A stretch of DNA of 33,233 nucleotides from Bdellovibrionales bacterium (lineage in GTDB: Bacteria > Bdellovibrionota > Bdellovibrionia > Bdellovibrionales > Bdellovibrionaceae): positions 1 to 33,233 of the forward strand of contig JANMPT010000004.1 of assembly GCA_031370005.1 (NCBI GenBank). The letters are read 5' to 3'. The notes beneath the pieces are model-generated. The model was given only the letters and a program-made list of their open reading frames with translations, was not told the origin of the DNA and did not search any database. Shown here piece by piece: positions 17,296 to 27,559 of the stretch; the stretch's first letter is position 1, and each line of letters begins with the position of its first letter. The position numbers and the translations under genes are program-made.

Positions 17296-18189
17296 ATGAA
17301 AACTTATTCTACTCAAGTACCTGGGAAATGGATTCTTGCCGGAGAACATGCTGTTCTTCGGGGTATTCCGGCTCTGGTTTTCCCATTGCGCTCGCGCGTG
17401 ATGGATTTAAGTTATGTGTGTCCTTCATCAGCTACGTCTTTAAGTCTTTATTTACATGGTGAACATGGCGAGGATCTGAAGCTCTTAGTCTGGGGTGTTC
17501 TTGAAAAAGCCTGCGAGATTCAAAAAATTCAACGCACGTCTTTAATCGGAGATTTAACCTTGAAGAGCTCTATTCCTGTGGGTGCTGGGATGGGGGCCTC
17601 GGGGGCACTTTGCGTTGCGATCAGTAAGTGGATGAATTTCTTAGGTCATGTCCAAGAAACTGAAGTGTTTGAGTTTGCCCGCAGTTTGGAAAATCTTTTT
17701 CATGGCGAAAGCAGTGGAGTGGATATTGCGATTTCTTTAAGTGGCCGAGCTATGCATTTTGAGCGCAGTGGGCTTCGCCGTACTCTTGATCTTCAGTGGA
17801 CTCCGAAATGGTATATTTCATATTCCGGGCAGCGTGGAATCACTTTGGAGTGCGTAAATAAAGTAAAGGCTTTCATGGCTCATAATCCAACACTGGGCGA
17901 GCTTCTTGACCAACAAATGAAAAAGGCGGTTGAAGATTGCGAGAAAGCGCTCACACAGAAAGATGAGAAACTTGGATTAGTACTTCTTACTGACGGAATT
18001 AATCTTGCGAACAAAGTCTTTGAACAATGGGGTTTGACTGCGGGACCTTTGCAAAACCAAATGGATTTTTTGAAGCAATCAGGAGCTCTCGGAGTAAAGC
18101 CAACCGGATCTGGTGGCGGTGGATATATATTAAGTCTCTGGGCAGAGCCACCTCCAGAAAAACTGCTTTCAAAATTAATTCCCTGCTAA
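17296..18189 (+). CDS. mvk: Mevalonate kinase family GHMP kinase
   Basis: PGKWILAGEHAV, IPVGAGMGASGA, HGESSGVD, KPTGSGGGG. Confidence 0.85.
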   Translation: MKTYSTQVPGKWILAGEHAVLRGIPALVFPLRSRVMDLSYVCPSSATSLSLYLHGEHGEDLKLLVWGVLEKACEIQKIQRTSLIGDLTLKSSIPVGAGMGASGALCVAISKWMNFLGHVQETEVFEFARSLENLFHGESSGVDIAISLSGRAMHFERSGLRRTLDLQWTPKWYISYSGQRGITLECVNKVKAFMAHNPTLGELLDQQMKKAVEDCEKALTQKDEKLGLVLLTDGINLANKVFEQWGLTAGPLQNQMDFLKQSGALGVKPTGSGGGGYILSLWAEPPPEKLLSKLIPC

Positions 18190-18935
18190 AGGTCGTGGTT
18201 CCGGTAACTATAAAGGGCAATACTTGCAGCAACTGTAGCGTTGAGGGACTGTACGGAGCCGGTGTTTATTTTAAGTCTCATTAAGCCTTTTATGTCCTTA
18301 AGGCCTGAGCCCTCTTCGCCCAGAAGAAGCCTCAAATTTTTTGGCCACTTGAAGGAATTAATATCACTGCCCACCATGTCGAGTGCATATGTCTCGGTTT
18401 CTGCAAAACTTGCTAAATTCCCGCCACGATAAAATGGCATATGAAGTATAGCTCCAGCCGAAGCTTTCACTGCCTTTGGAGCAAATGGAAAAGCCGCTTC
18501 TTCTGTCAAGATCACTTTGCTGGCATTGAAGGCGAGGGCTGAGCGAATCACCGCCCCTAAGTTTCCAGGATCACCTAAAGGGCAAATGAGCTCAAGGCCC
18601 TGGGGTTGCGAAGATTTATCATAAGTTTTAATTTCCGGAAGTTCTAATAGCAGTAAATTAAAATGTGTACCAACAAAATCGACCTCCTGAAAAAGGCCTT
18701 TTGGTAATTTGAAAGTGGATTTGCTTTTTGCAAGCCCCAGGGGGCGAAGATTTTCAGTGATCAGTTCCGCTCGCACTAAAAATTTTTCCTGAAGAGATTT
18801 ATTTTGGGAAAATTCTTGAATGAGTTTCTCGCCCATTAAGAAAAATTCACCGGCTTTACGAATGCCTTTGGTGTTATCAAGGTTTTTCCAAGTTTTAAAA
18901 AGATCATTTGAGGAAGAGGTGATTTCAGTAATCAA
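18186..18935 (-). CDS. TrmH/SpoU family RNA methyltransferase
   Basis: DPGNLGAVIRSA, GEEGSG, SLNATVAASIALY. Confidence 0.93.
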   Translation of the reverse strand: MITEITSSSNDLFKTWKNLDNTKGIRKAGEFFLMGEKLIQEFSQNKSLQEKFLVRAELITENLRPLGLAKSKSTFKLPKGLFQEVDFVGTHFNLLLLELPEIKTYDKSSQPQGLELICPLGDPGNLGAVIRSALAFNASKVILTEEAAFPFAPKAVKASAGAILHMPFYRGGNLASFAETETYALDMVGSDINSFKWPKNLRLLLGEEGSGLKDIKGLMRLKINTGSVQSLNATVAASIALYSYRNHDL

Positions 18936-19792
18936 AGCATGCTCCAGCGGCGACGCTCTTCGTTGGTCAATTCTTCAAGCAAAAGATTTTCGACTTCGTC
19001 GTCTTCAGGCAAAGGAGCATTTTTTATTTTCTCAAAAATTACCAGACGTCGGTTGTGAGGTGTTTCCGGCAAACTATATGACGTGTCTTTGATGAGCTGA
19101 TAGTATTGTCCATACTCTTTCAAGGCTTGGGTGATTTCTGGATCAACTCCGGGGCCTTTCATAAAATAAACATGACCCCCCAGCTGTAAACAGGAAAGCA
19201 CATTGCCCAAAGTATTGCGAATATCTTCAACCGCACGAGTGATAACGCCATTAACAGGATAAGCGAAGTATTTATTGATATTGCGACCAATGATATCTAA
19301 GTCATGCAATTTCATTTCTTGGCGCACTTGCTTGAGGAATTCCACACGCCGTTGCACTCCTTCGGCGAGAAGAATTTTTTGATTTGGATAGCGGATTTTC
19401 AAGGGAACCCCTGGAAGTCCAGGGCCGGTTCCCACGTCCATCAAGGGGAATTTGAGATCAGTAAGTTCGCTAACAATCATGGAGTCGATATAATGTTTGA
19501 TGGCAATATCACGGAGTTTTAGTAGACGAGTGAAGTTTTCTTTTTCTTGGTTTTCCATCAAAAGACGATAGAAGTGAGCCAGCATCATGCGTTCACTATG
19601 GCTGCACTTGAAGTCATGATTGTGAAAAATATCCGCAAGACGATCATTGGCCTCGTTGATGGAGTAAATGAACTCAGGCTTTTTGTGCTTCCCCAGCAAC
19701 GCTTTGGGAGCTTCATGCGGGCTAATATTTTTATTGCGTGCCTCTTGGCGAGCTTTATATGGGCTGTAGTTGGATTTATTTTTGTGCGCCAT
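18932..19792 (-). CDS. rsmG: 16S rRNA m7G527 methyltransferase (GidB/RsmG family)
   Basis: NFT, HYIDS, DVGTGPGLPGVPL, TRAV, MKG, RRLV. Confidence 0.9.
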   Translation of the reverse strand: MAHKNKSNYSPYKARQEARNKNISPHEAPKALLGKHKKPEFIYSINEANDRLADIFHNHDFKCSHSERMMLAHFYRLLMENQEKENFTRLLKLRDIAIKHYIDSMIVSELTDLKFPLMDVGTGPGLPGVPLKIRYPNQKILLAEGVQRRVEFLKQVRQEMKLHDLDIIGRNINKYFAYPVNGVITRAVEDIRNTLGNVLSCLQLGGHVYFMKGPGVDPEITQALKEYGQYYQLIKDTSYSLPETPHNRRLVIFEKIKNAPLPEDDEVENLLLEELTNEERRRWSML

Positions 19793-19892
19793 GGCTATCT
19801 AAATTGTCCTTTTTCAGAGCTCTCGTCAACAAAAATTACGCATCACATTATCCTGCTAAATCGTTGAAAATACTATAGGGTTCAGACATACA

Positions 19893-20939
19893 ATGGAGCC
19901 TATGTTAGAAGCAAACTTACCAGCAAAATTGGATGCGATCAAAGAACAGGCTCTGGCTCAATTTGAAGCAGCAGAAAATACAAAAGCTCTTTACGATCTC
20001 AAGGTTAAATTTCTTGGAAAGAATGGAAGCCTTACTGAAATCATGAAAGAGATGGCCGGGCTGTCAAAAGAGGAAAGGCCTCTTTTTGGTAAAAAAGTAA
20101 ATGAAGTTAAGTCCGCTTTGGAACAAATTTATGTCGAGATTGAGGAAAGCCTTAAGAGGACTGAGCTCGAAAATAAAATGTTAAATGAAGAGCTTGATTT
20201 AACTTTGCCAAGTTATGCGCATCAAGCTGGAGCCCAGCATCCCGTGTACAAGGTGATTGAAGAGATTTTTCTTATAATGGCTCGACTCGGTTATAGTGTT
20301 CGTACAGGGCCTCTCATAGAAAAAGATTATTATAACTTTGAAGCTCTGAATATTCCGGCGGATCACCCAGCCCGAGATATGCAGGATACTTTTTTTATTG
20401 ATCCAACTCATGTTTTGAGAACTCATACGAGCCCGATTCAAATTCATTCCCTAGAGAGCGAAGAGCCCCCTCTGCGAATTATCGGGACAGGGCCTGTGTT
20501 TCGCTTTGATAGTGATATTTCACATTTGCCAAATTTCCATCAAATTGAAGGCATGTGTGTGGATCGTAAAGTTTCTATGGCAGATTTAAAGGGCACGATC
20601 AGTTTTTTTGTTCGGGAGTTTTTTGGTTCCGGGCTCAAAACACGCTTTCGCCCTAGTTTTTTTCCATTCACTGAGCCTTCAGCAGAAGTGGATTGTTCAT
20701 GCCCGATTTGTAAAGGCAAAGGTTGCAGTCTTTGCAAATATACCGGATGGATTGAGATCGGTGGTTGTGGATTGATCAATCCTAAAGTGTTTGATAAGGC
20801 AAAAATCGCCTATCCAGAGTGGCAAGGCTTTGCCTTCGGATTTGGTATTGAGCGCATGGGTATTATTAAATATGGTATTGATGATATTCGTCTCTTTCCA
20901 GAAAATGATGTTCGTTTTGTAAGGCAGTTCTTATCATGA
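19893..20939 (+). CDS. pheS: Phenylalanine--tRNA ligase alpha subunit
   Basis: [46 protein letters not shown]. Confidence 0.99.
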   Translation: MEPMLEANLPAKLDAIKEQALAQFEAAENTKALYDLKVKFLGKNGSLTEIMKEMAGLSKEERPLFGKKVNEVKSALEQIYVEIEESLKRTELENKMLNEELDLTLPSYAHQAGAQHPVYKVIEEIFLIMARLGYSVRTGPLIEKDYYNFEALNIPADHPARDMQDTFFIDPTHVLRTHTSPIQIHSLESEEPPLRIIGTGPVFRFDSDISHLPNFHQIEGMCVDRKVSMADLKGTISFFVREFFGSGLKTRFRPSFFPFTEPSAEVDCSCPICKGKGCSLCKYTGWIEIGGCGLINPKVFDKAKIAYPEWQGFAFGFGIERMGIIKYGIDDIRLFPENDVRFVRQFLS

Positions 20940-23374
20940 AAATCAGTTTAAAGTGGCTTCAAGATTTTGTTGATATCAGTGATTATATGAAAAAGCCTGA
21001 GGACTTGGGTGATTTGCTCACCCGCGCGGGGCTTGAGGTGGAGCAAATCACGAATCGGGCAAAAGACTATGAGCACGTGGTAGTTGGCCTAATACTCGAG
21101 AAAGAAAAGCATCCCAATGCGGATAAGCTATCTTTGTGTAGAGTAACCACAGGTGAAGGTGTTATTCATCAAATTGTTTGCGGAGCGCAAAATCACAATG
21201 CCAATGACCGTGTGCTTGTGGCTTTACCCGGAGCTATACTGCCGGGCAACTTTATGATTCAAAAAACAAAAGTTCGCGACGTGGAGTCCGGAGGAATGCT
21301 TTGCTCATATAAAGAGCTAGGTATTGCTAAGGAAAGTGAAGGCATTGTTGTTTTACCAACCGATGCTCCTGTTGGAAAATCTTTTGCAGACTATGCTGGC
21401 TACGATGATGTGGTATTAGAACTCAAAGTAACGCCAAATCGCGCCGACTGCCTTAGTCACTACGGTCTAGCTCGTGAGATTGCCTGTATTCTTGGTCGAG
21501 AGCTTAAACCATTTTCTAGCAAATTGGTTCTGACCAATGATTCGACAAAAAAACAAATTGATCTTGAAATAAAGAACCCTGAGTTATGTCTTCGTTATGC
21601 GGGACGATTTATAAAAGGTGTTACAATTAGACCAAGCCCTGAGTGGCTTATAAGACGGCTTGAGTCTGTGGGTATCAATTCTATCAATAATGTTGTGGAT
21701 GTAACGAACTATGTAATGATGGAACTTGGTCAACCCCTGCACGCTTTTGACTCTAAGAGCATCGATGGCCACAAGATTATGGTGAGCAATGCTCAAGCTG
21801 GCGAGAAGTTTAAAACTCTTGATGGTACTGAAGTGATTCTAAAAGGCACTGAGCTGATGATTCGTGATGCGAATCGAGCTGTGGCAATGGCGGGCGTCGT
21901 GGGTGGCCAGAACTCTGGCGTTAGCGAAACGACTACAGATATTTTTATTGAAGCAGCCTACTTTGCGCCAATGGCAGTAAGAAAAGCATCTCGCAGTCAT
22001 GGAATTGAAACTGATTCTGCTTATAGATTCAGTCGTGGAGTGGATCCAGAGGGAACCGTCAGAGCCATGGATCGAGCAGCGGATCTAATTGTGCAAATTG
22101 CTGGCGGCACGGCCTTTGGCGAACATCATGATTTCTATCCTCAACCAGTAAAGAAAAATGCTATTGAGATCAATGTGGAAACTGTGAGTGATCGCTTGGG
22201 ATACCCTGCAGATGATGGCAAGTTTGCAGATTACATGCGTCGACTTGGTTGTCAGGTCAACGGTAGTAATGGAAAGTATAGCATTTTACCTCCAAGCTTT
22301 CGTTTTGATCTTGAACTTGATATGGATCTTGTTGAGGAGTATGCGCGCTTAAATGGTTACGAGAATATTCCTGAGGCTCTTCCGGTTTTTGCTAAGAGTC
22401 CTGCGATTCATGATAAAAGCTTCATGTTGAATATGAAGCTTTCAAAAATATTGCATGGCCAGGGTTTTTCCCAAGCCTTTAACTATGCCTTTGTTGGTGG
22501 CCATGCGCAGAGGAAATTTCTGGGTGGCATTGAGGGCTTGAAGGCCGCAGGCTTTTTGATTTCTGAAGCAGAGATCAAAGTACTGAACCCATTGAATGAA
22601 GAATCAGATACGATGAGAAGTTCGCTTTCTGTTGGACTTTTCAAAAATCTTTCAAATAACTTTAATCAGGGTAATCACCTGGGTCGTCTTTATGAAATTG
22701 GTCAGTGTTTTTACAAAGACAATAGCGAATACAAAGAGACCGCACATTTGGGGCTTGTGGCTTGGGGGCACAGTTCACATTTGTGGAATCAAACGCCAAC
22801 TCATCCATTAGTTTTTGAAGTGAAGGGGGCGGTTGAGTCTTTCTTGAGATCCTTCAATATCCACTCTTACGCTTGGCACGCTCCAGAAGATAAAGGCGAG
22901 GTGCCAAACTTTCTTCATCATGGGCAGTATGCTCAGCTTTTGGTAGAAGGTAAAAAGCTTGGCTACATAGGTACTATTCATCCAATGATTTTGGATGAAT
23001 ATAAAGTCCGCGTGCCTGGGGCAATCGCCGAGCTAGATTTGGATCAGATTTATAAGGGACAGCCACGTCTTTTCCGTTTTGAAAGCTTGTCAAAGTTTCC
23101 TGCAGTAGAGCGGGACTTTTCCTTTGTGGTGGAGCAGGGTGTACCGGTAGGTAATATTGTGAAAGAGATTCGTAAGCAAGGCGGAGGGCTTCTAGCCAGT
23201 GTGAACATTTTTGATGTTTATGAGGGTGAGAAAATGGAAACAGGAAAGAAGTCTGTATCTATTCGGCTGATTTTCCAAGAAAAGAATGCCACGCTGCAAG
23301 ATAGTCAGGTCGTAGAGCTTAGCAATAAGATTATAGAGGCACTGAGAAAGCAATTTATGTTAACAATGAGATAA
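20936..23374 (+). CDS. pheT: Phenylalanine--tRNA ligase beta subunit
   Basis: [48 protein letters not shown]-terminus. Confidence 0.99.
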   Translation: MKISLKWLQDFVDISDYMKKPEDLGDLLTRAGLEVEQITNRAKDYEHVVVGLILEKEKHPNADKLSLCRVTTGEGVIHQIVCGAQNHNANDRVLVALPGAILPGNFMIQKTKVRDVESGGMLCSYKELGIAKESEGIVVLPTDAPVGKSFADYAGYDDVVLELKVTPNRADCLSHYGLAREIACILGRELKPFSSKLVLTNDSTKKQIDLEIKNPELCLRYAGRFIKGVTIRPSPEWLIRRLESVGINSINNVVDVTNYVMMELGQPLHAFDSKSIDGHKIMVSNAQAGEKFKTLDGTEVILKGTELMIRDANRAVAMAGVVGGQNSGVSETTTDIFIEAAYFAPMAVRKASRSHGIETDSAYRFSRGVDPEGTVRAMDRAADLIVQIAGGTAFGEHHDFYPQPVKKNAIEINVETVSDRLGYPADDGKFADYMRRLGCQVNGSNGKYSILPPSFRFDLELDMDLVEEYARLNGYENIPEALPVFAKSPAIHDKSFMLNMKLSKILHGQGFSQAFNYAFVGGHAQRKFLGGIEGLKAAGFLISEAEIKVLNPLNEESDTMRSSLSVGLFKNLSNNFNQGNHLGRLYEIGQCFYKDNSEYKETAHLGLVAWGHSSHLWNQTPTHPLVFEVKGAVESFLRSFNIHSYAWHAPEDKGEVPNFLHHGQYAQLLVEGKKLGYIGTIHPMILDEYKVRVPGAIAELDLDQIYKGQPRLFRFESLSKFPAVERDFSFVVEQGVPVGNIVKEIRKQGGGLLASVNIFDVYEGEKMETGKKSVSIRLIFQEKNATLQDSQVVELSNKIIEALRKQFMLTMR

Positions 23375-23453
23375 ATTCTTGATTGTTTTCAAAGACTTGT
23401 TAGCCTTAAATAGAAGTTTGTATTTATGATAAGATTCAAGGAGAGTTCTTGCT

Positions 23454-23801
23454 ATGGCAGGCCAAAATTTAGGCAAATCAACTGTAACTAAGGCCGATAT
23501 TGTTGAAAAGGTCTATCAGAAGATAGGCTTTTCAAAAAAAGAAGCTTCTGAATTGGTAGAGTCAGTCTTCAGCACCCTTAAAGACGTTTTGCAAAATGGC
23601 GAAAAAGTAAAAATTTCGGGTTTTGGCAATTTCGTCGTGCGCGGCAAAAGTGAACGCATTGGACGTAACCCGCAAACAGGTGATCAAATTAAAATCAGTG
23701 CTCGGCATGTTCTTACCTTCCGCCCGAGTCAGGTGCTGAAGGCAATGCTTAATGGTGAAGAGTATGCTCACCTCAAGGATGATGATGATGATGACAACTA
23801 G
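23454..23801 (+). CDS. ihfA: Integration host factor alpha subunit
   Basis: TKADI, VKISGFGNF, R.GRNPQTG, VLTFRPS; follows pheT. Confidence 0.95.
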   Translation: MAGQNLGKSTVTKADIVEKVYQKIGFSKKEASELVESVFSTLKDVLQNGEKVKISGFGNFVVRGKSERIGRNPQTGDQIKISARHVLTFRPSQVLKAMLNGEEYAHLKDDDDDDN

Positions 23802-24237
23802 TCCTGAAATTGTGCTAACAGAGAACGAGGCCACTTCGCTTCCAGCAGCCCTTTGTGATGATAAGCTATTAGTTGAGATCAATTCCATTCCTGATAAAAT
23901 GGGTTTTAAAATCGGTGATGTGACGGATATGCTGGGAGTTAAACAATATGTTCTTAGGTATTGGGAGACAGAGTTCGATCTTTTAAGACCCAAAAAAGCT
24001 TCCAACAATCAACGGATGTATACTCGTAAAGATGTTGAGAATGCTTTTTTAATCAGAAAGCTTCTTCATCGCGATCGTTTTTCAATTGAAGGTGCTCGCA
24101 ATGCCTTGAAAGAACTGAAGGCTCATGTAAAAAAAGAGAAAGATTACTCTCAAGTGGTTCATCGCTTAGATAATGTTCATGAGCGTCTTGAAGACCTCAT
24201 GTTGGATATCCGCAAAGCTCGTCAATTGTTTAAATAG
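23785..24237 (+). CDS. MerR-family regulator (ihfA-linked); start ambiguous among ATGs 23779-23791
   Basis: FKIGDV...LGVKQYVLRYWETEF..LRP.K...QRMY, FSIEGAR. Confidence 0.9.
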   Translation: MMMTTSPEIVLTENEATSLPAALCDDKLLVEINSIPDKMGFKIGDVTDMLGVKQYVLRYWETEFDLLRPKKASNNQRMYTRKDVENAFLIRKLLHRDRFSIEGARNALKELKAHVKKEKDYSQVVHRLDNVHERLEDLMLDIRKARQLFK

Positions 24238-24254
24238 ACATGTTTAAATAGACA
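24227..24254. repeat. 14-bp tandem duplication spanning the merR stop codon
   Basis: TGTTTAAATAGACA twice in tandem. Confidence 0.85.
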
Positions 24255-24391
24255 GAAGTGCCATTTTACGGCCTCAGGCAGTCGGTTTGTAATCTTTCCC
24301 TGTCAAAAATACTGACATCTATTATCTTTTTATAATTTAGCGTAGTCTCCTTGAGTATTAAAAAATAACTCAACTAATGTATGGAGACTTC

Positions 24392-24793
24392 ATGAAAACA
24401 ATTTTAGCAACTTTGACTTTTTTACTTTCAGTTAGCGCCTTTGCAAAAGACAGTCATTTAACTTGCGTAACGGGTGATATCGGCGACATGGATATAAAAA
24501 TTGAAGGCCAAGCTAATGGCAAAGAAAAATTAAGTGTGATTCTAACCGCGATGGATGGGGTGACTTTGCGTACTTATGTAAATACGAATTTTGCTAATCA
24601 AGCAGCCTCTCTAGGTCTTAAAAATGGCAGAATCCAAGCGATCGTTTCCAAATCTGATCTTGCTGAAACCTTTGGCGGTGCCTTTTTGGATGCTGGAGTT
24701 TTTGAGTTGAACAGGAATAAAACGACTCAGCAAAATGAAGTGATTTTTGCGGCTGAAGGAATTGTCTATGTTTCAACTTGCACTGAGCAATAA
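24392..24793 (+). CDS. Secreted hypothetical protein
   Basis: GGAG SD, MKTILATLTFLLSVSAFA signal peptide, one Cys near each end of the mature chain. Confidence 0.75.
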   Translation: MKTILATLTFLLSVSAFAKDSHLTCVTGDIGDMDIKIEGQANGKEKLSVILTAMDGVTLRTYVNTNFANQAASLGLKNGRIQAIVSKSDLAETFGGAFLDAGVFELNRNKTTQQNEVIFAAEGIVYVSTCTEQ

Positions 24794-24856
24794 GTCTTTC
24801 TAGGGGCCCTAAACTAGTCGCTTTACAAGACGCGCCAAAGCTAATACGCTTGTATC

Positions 24857-25645
24857 ATGAAAAGAAAGCCTTGGCCGATCGTCTTTTTAGCATTGCTTCA
24901 TGTCTTAGCTCCTTTTGGAAATATTCTTATGAACTCCTACCGTTCTGGTCGTTCCTTTGAGTCGACATGGAGCTTCTGGCTCCATATTTTGCCAAAACCA
25001 TTATTTTTTAGTTATGTTATTTTACCACCCATTGCAGGGGTTTTTATTTATATTTGTCGACGCTGGAGTTACTGGAGTTACGCCGCATGTCTGGGGCTTA
25101 TTTTCCTGGGTAATGTCTATGGATTTTGGACAAATGTAAATTGGGTGAACTTCGTGACCTTGCTGCTTGTATTAATGGTAGATCTTCTGGCGGTGGCCTA
25201 CTTTTTTGCTCCTTCAGTACGCCAGGTTTATTTTGATCCACGTATGCGTTGGTGGGAAACGGCTCCTCGTTATATTTTTAATAATCAGAGTTTTATAGAT
25301 GGCCAACCGAGCTTTATTAAAAATATTTCTGAGGGCGGGGCTTTTGTGGAAACTGATAGCCCTTATGCTGAAGGGCAAACCCTGGATTTGGCTTGGAGCT
25401 ATGAAGGAGAGTCCTTTGCAATACCTGCTAAGCTGGTTTATCAAAAAAAACAAAGCTTGAATTTTGGCTGTGGGCTTCGCTTTGATCATACTCCGCTAAC
25501 ACAAAAAACAATGAGCCGTTTGATCCTGCGCCTGCATAAAGACGGAAAAATGATTCGTGATCGTATACCTGGCCCAGAAGACAGTTTTTGGGTTTGGCTG
25601 AGGAAATTAGTTATCAACCGCGAAGGTCTTTTTCCTAAAAGATAG
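24857..25645 (+). CDS. Membrane protein with C-terminal PilZ domain
   Basis: About four TM segments, then PRY and NISEGGAFV, CGLRF. Confidence 0.8.
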   Translation: MKRKPWPIVFLALLHVLAPFGNILMNSYRSGRSFESTWSFWLHILPKPLFFSYVILPPIAGVFIYICRRWSYWSYAACLGLIFLGNVYGFWTNVNWVNFVTLLLVLMVDLLAVAYFFAPSVRQVYFDPRMRWWETAPRYIFNNQSFIDGQPSFIKNISEGGAFVETDSPYAEGQTLDLAWSYEGESFAIPAKLVYQKKQSLNFGCGLRFDHTPLTQKTMSRLILRLHKDGKMIRDRIPGPEDSFWVWLRKLVINREGLFPKR

Positions 25646-25651
25646 ATATTA

Positions 25652-26662
25652 TTAAAAGCTGCTTGGTTGTTGGCAACGCTGTTTGTAGTACTTAAAAAGA
25701 GCGGTTTCGATTTGAACGCGCTCCTCCTCGTCCACGATGAAAACCCCAAGGGGATGTGAGTAGTCTGTTCCTGTATAATCACCAATAAATGAGCCCATAA
25801 TTTGCGGAGAATAGAAGTGATCTGTTTCTTTGGCATAAAAAATTTGCTGATCAGCCTCTGGTTGATTTGAGTCATAAGCTTGAATCCAAATATTGCCTTT
25901 GTCGTCGCTGACAAAAGACTTTGCAATCACGACATGTTGAATTGTCGGCTTCAGGCGCAGATTGATTAGGGTGAGTCGATTTTGCCGCAGATTAATAATT
26001 AAATTTTGCATTGTCATTTTATTTTTTTCTGGAGACAGCGGTCCAGTGCCGGAACCCATGCCGATGTTTTTAAAACGGAAGAAGTGGCGCTCCTGACTTC
26101 TTTCAATCTCCGTCTTTAGATCGCGATGGATTGAAAATGAATCCTGACTATAGTCTATTCCTCTAAAAAGTTCCTCTAAGAAACTCGTGCCCGTATTTCG
26201 GTAGTATTCCTCTTGCAGGTTTTTTTCAGCAACGGGAATGATATTATAGGCCTTAAGATTTTGATCTATCAACTGGCTGTTATTGTTTTCGCTAGAGGGC
26301 GTGGCCTCGATAGTTGCTCCACGAATCATATCTAAAACCATTTTTAGATCTGGTTGGAGAGCGTCTTTTTCGTTGAGTCTCATTAGATAGAAAAGTTTGC
26401 GTTGAGTGCTACCCATGCCCCAGCAGGCGGCGAGTTTGGTAAGCCCACTGCGAAAGCCCCAGTTTTTAAATGGCATATGATTATTATAGGAAAATGCATC
26501 AGGGCGTATTTTTTTCAGAATGCTAGCCACGCTTAGTGAGTTGCAGCTTAAGTTATTAACCAGGGAATCTGAGATGTTTGCCTCAACAGCAAAAGAAATG
26601 CTCCCTCGGAGGGAGAGTCCAAATACTATTAATATAAAAATACTTTTCAAACGTACAGCCAT
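25652..26662 (-). CDS. Secreted protein with putative papain-like Cys-His-Asp triad
   Basis: Signal peptide; ACWGMG, QHVVIA, AYDSN. Confidence 0.65.
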   Translation of the reverse strand: MAVRLKSIFILIVFGLSLRGSISFAVEANISDSLVNNLSCNSLSVASILKKIRPDAFSYNNHMPFKNWGFRSGLTKLAACWGMGSTQRKLFYLMRLNEKDALQPDLKMVLDMIRGATIEATPSSENNNSQLIDQNLKAYNIIPVAEKNLQEEYYRNTGTSFLEELFRGIDYSQDSFSIHRDLKTEIERSQERHFFRFKNIGMGSGTGPLSPEKNKMTMQNLIINLRQNRLTLINLRLKPTIQHVVIAKSFVSDDKGNIWIQAYDSNQPEADQQIFYAKETDHFYSPQIMGSFIGDYTGTDYSHPLGVFIVDEEERVQIETALFKYYKQRCQQPSSF

Positions 26663-26666
26663 AAAC

Positions 26667-27425
26667 TTAGTTATTTTTCTTAGTGTATTGAATCATCATA
26701 TCTTCTGCGCGCTGAAGGTCAGACATTGTGATTTGCCAAATTTGTTTCTCTTTAAATTCTTTTAAAAGTAGATTGAAAAGATCAAATTTCAAGAAAGGTG
26801 TAACTTCGCCTCTGGCATATTCCCTTTCCTTTTCATCATAAAGGCCCAGAAATGTCTTATCACGAAACCAAGACTCGCGATTCATGTTCTGTGCTACCTT
26901 CAGGTGTTCTTCGCTCGGATTGCGTTGCAAGAACTCAAAGAACATCCCACTTGGCTTTAGACCTGGCAGATACCATTCTCCACTGAAAACTTGGATTAAG
27001 TTTTCCTCCTCATCCTTTAAGATAGGAGTGATGAATTGAACACCGCGCTCTACTGCATGTTGATAGAATGCCAAAAGATCCGGAGTGCGAAGTGCTACAT
27101 GCTGCCAGTGAGCTGACTGCTGGTGGCTGTCGAGCATCTCACGGACATGGGAGCTTTGCGACTTCGGTTCTGTCGGTTGCACGACTGCAATAATTGTATT
27201 GTTCAAATCAGGATCAGAGCTTGCTCCGCGGCCTAAGCAAACGGCGTAGGTCATGGACTTTTCACCTTCGCCCTTAATCCACTCCTTGCGTTTGTCATAA
27301 AGAAGATCTTCAGGGCCTACGCCGAAAATGGTATTGAATGCCAAGTAGGCGACTTTATACAAATCAGGCTGGAGAAGAAGAGTCATATGGTCGACTTGGA
27401 AATTCAGAAAGGACTTTTTTGCCAT
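26667..27425 (-). CDS. VOC/glyoxalase-fold protein resembling the HPPD catalytic C-terminal domain
   Basis: VDHM, WQHVALRT.DL, GVQF, LIQVFS, FFEFLQR; GGGAG SD before ATG 27425. Confidence 0.8.
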   Translation of the reverse strand: MAKKSFLNFQVDHMTLLLQPDLYKVAYLAFNTIFGVGPEDLLYDKRKEWIKGEGEKSMTYAVCLGRGASSDPDLNNTIIAVVQPTEPKSQSSHVREMLDSHQQSAHWQHVALRTPDLLAFYQHAVERGVQFITPILKDEEENLIQVFSGEWYLPGLKPSGMFFEFLQRNPSEEHLKVAQNMNRESWFRDKTFLGLYDEKEREYARGEVTPFLKFDLFNLLLKEFKEKQIWQITMSDLQRAEDMMIQYTKKNN

Positions 27426-27559
27426 GTTTTTTGCTCCCACAATGGAATGAAACTCGGGTGAATCATCCTATGTGATTTCGAGAATTTCAAGAAAAATGAG
27501 CCCAAAAGTCACGATTAGATCGCTTGGACATCTGCTACAAGCCGTGGCAGGATCTAAAA

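Noticed and set aside
20690..20740. [14 protein letters not shown] motif in PheS
   Set aside because: A known zinc-binding insert in many PheS proteins; not novel.
24238..24391. tRNA-Pro often found after ihfA-merR
   Set aside because: No cloverleaf or TTCGA T-loop visible.
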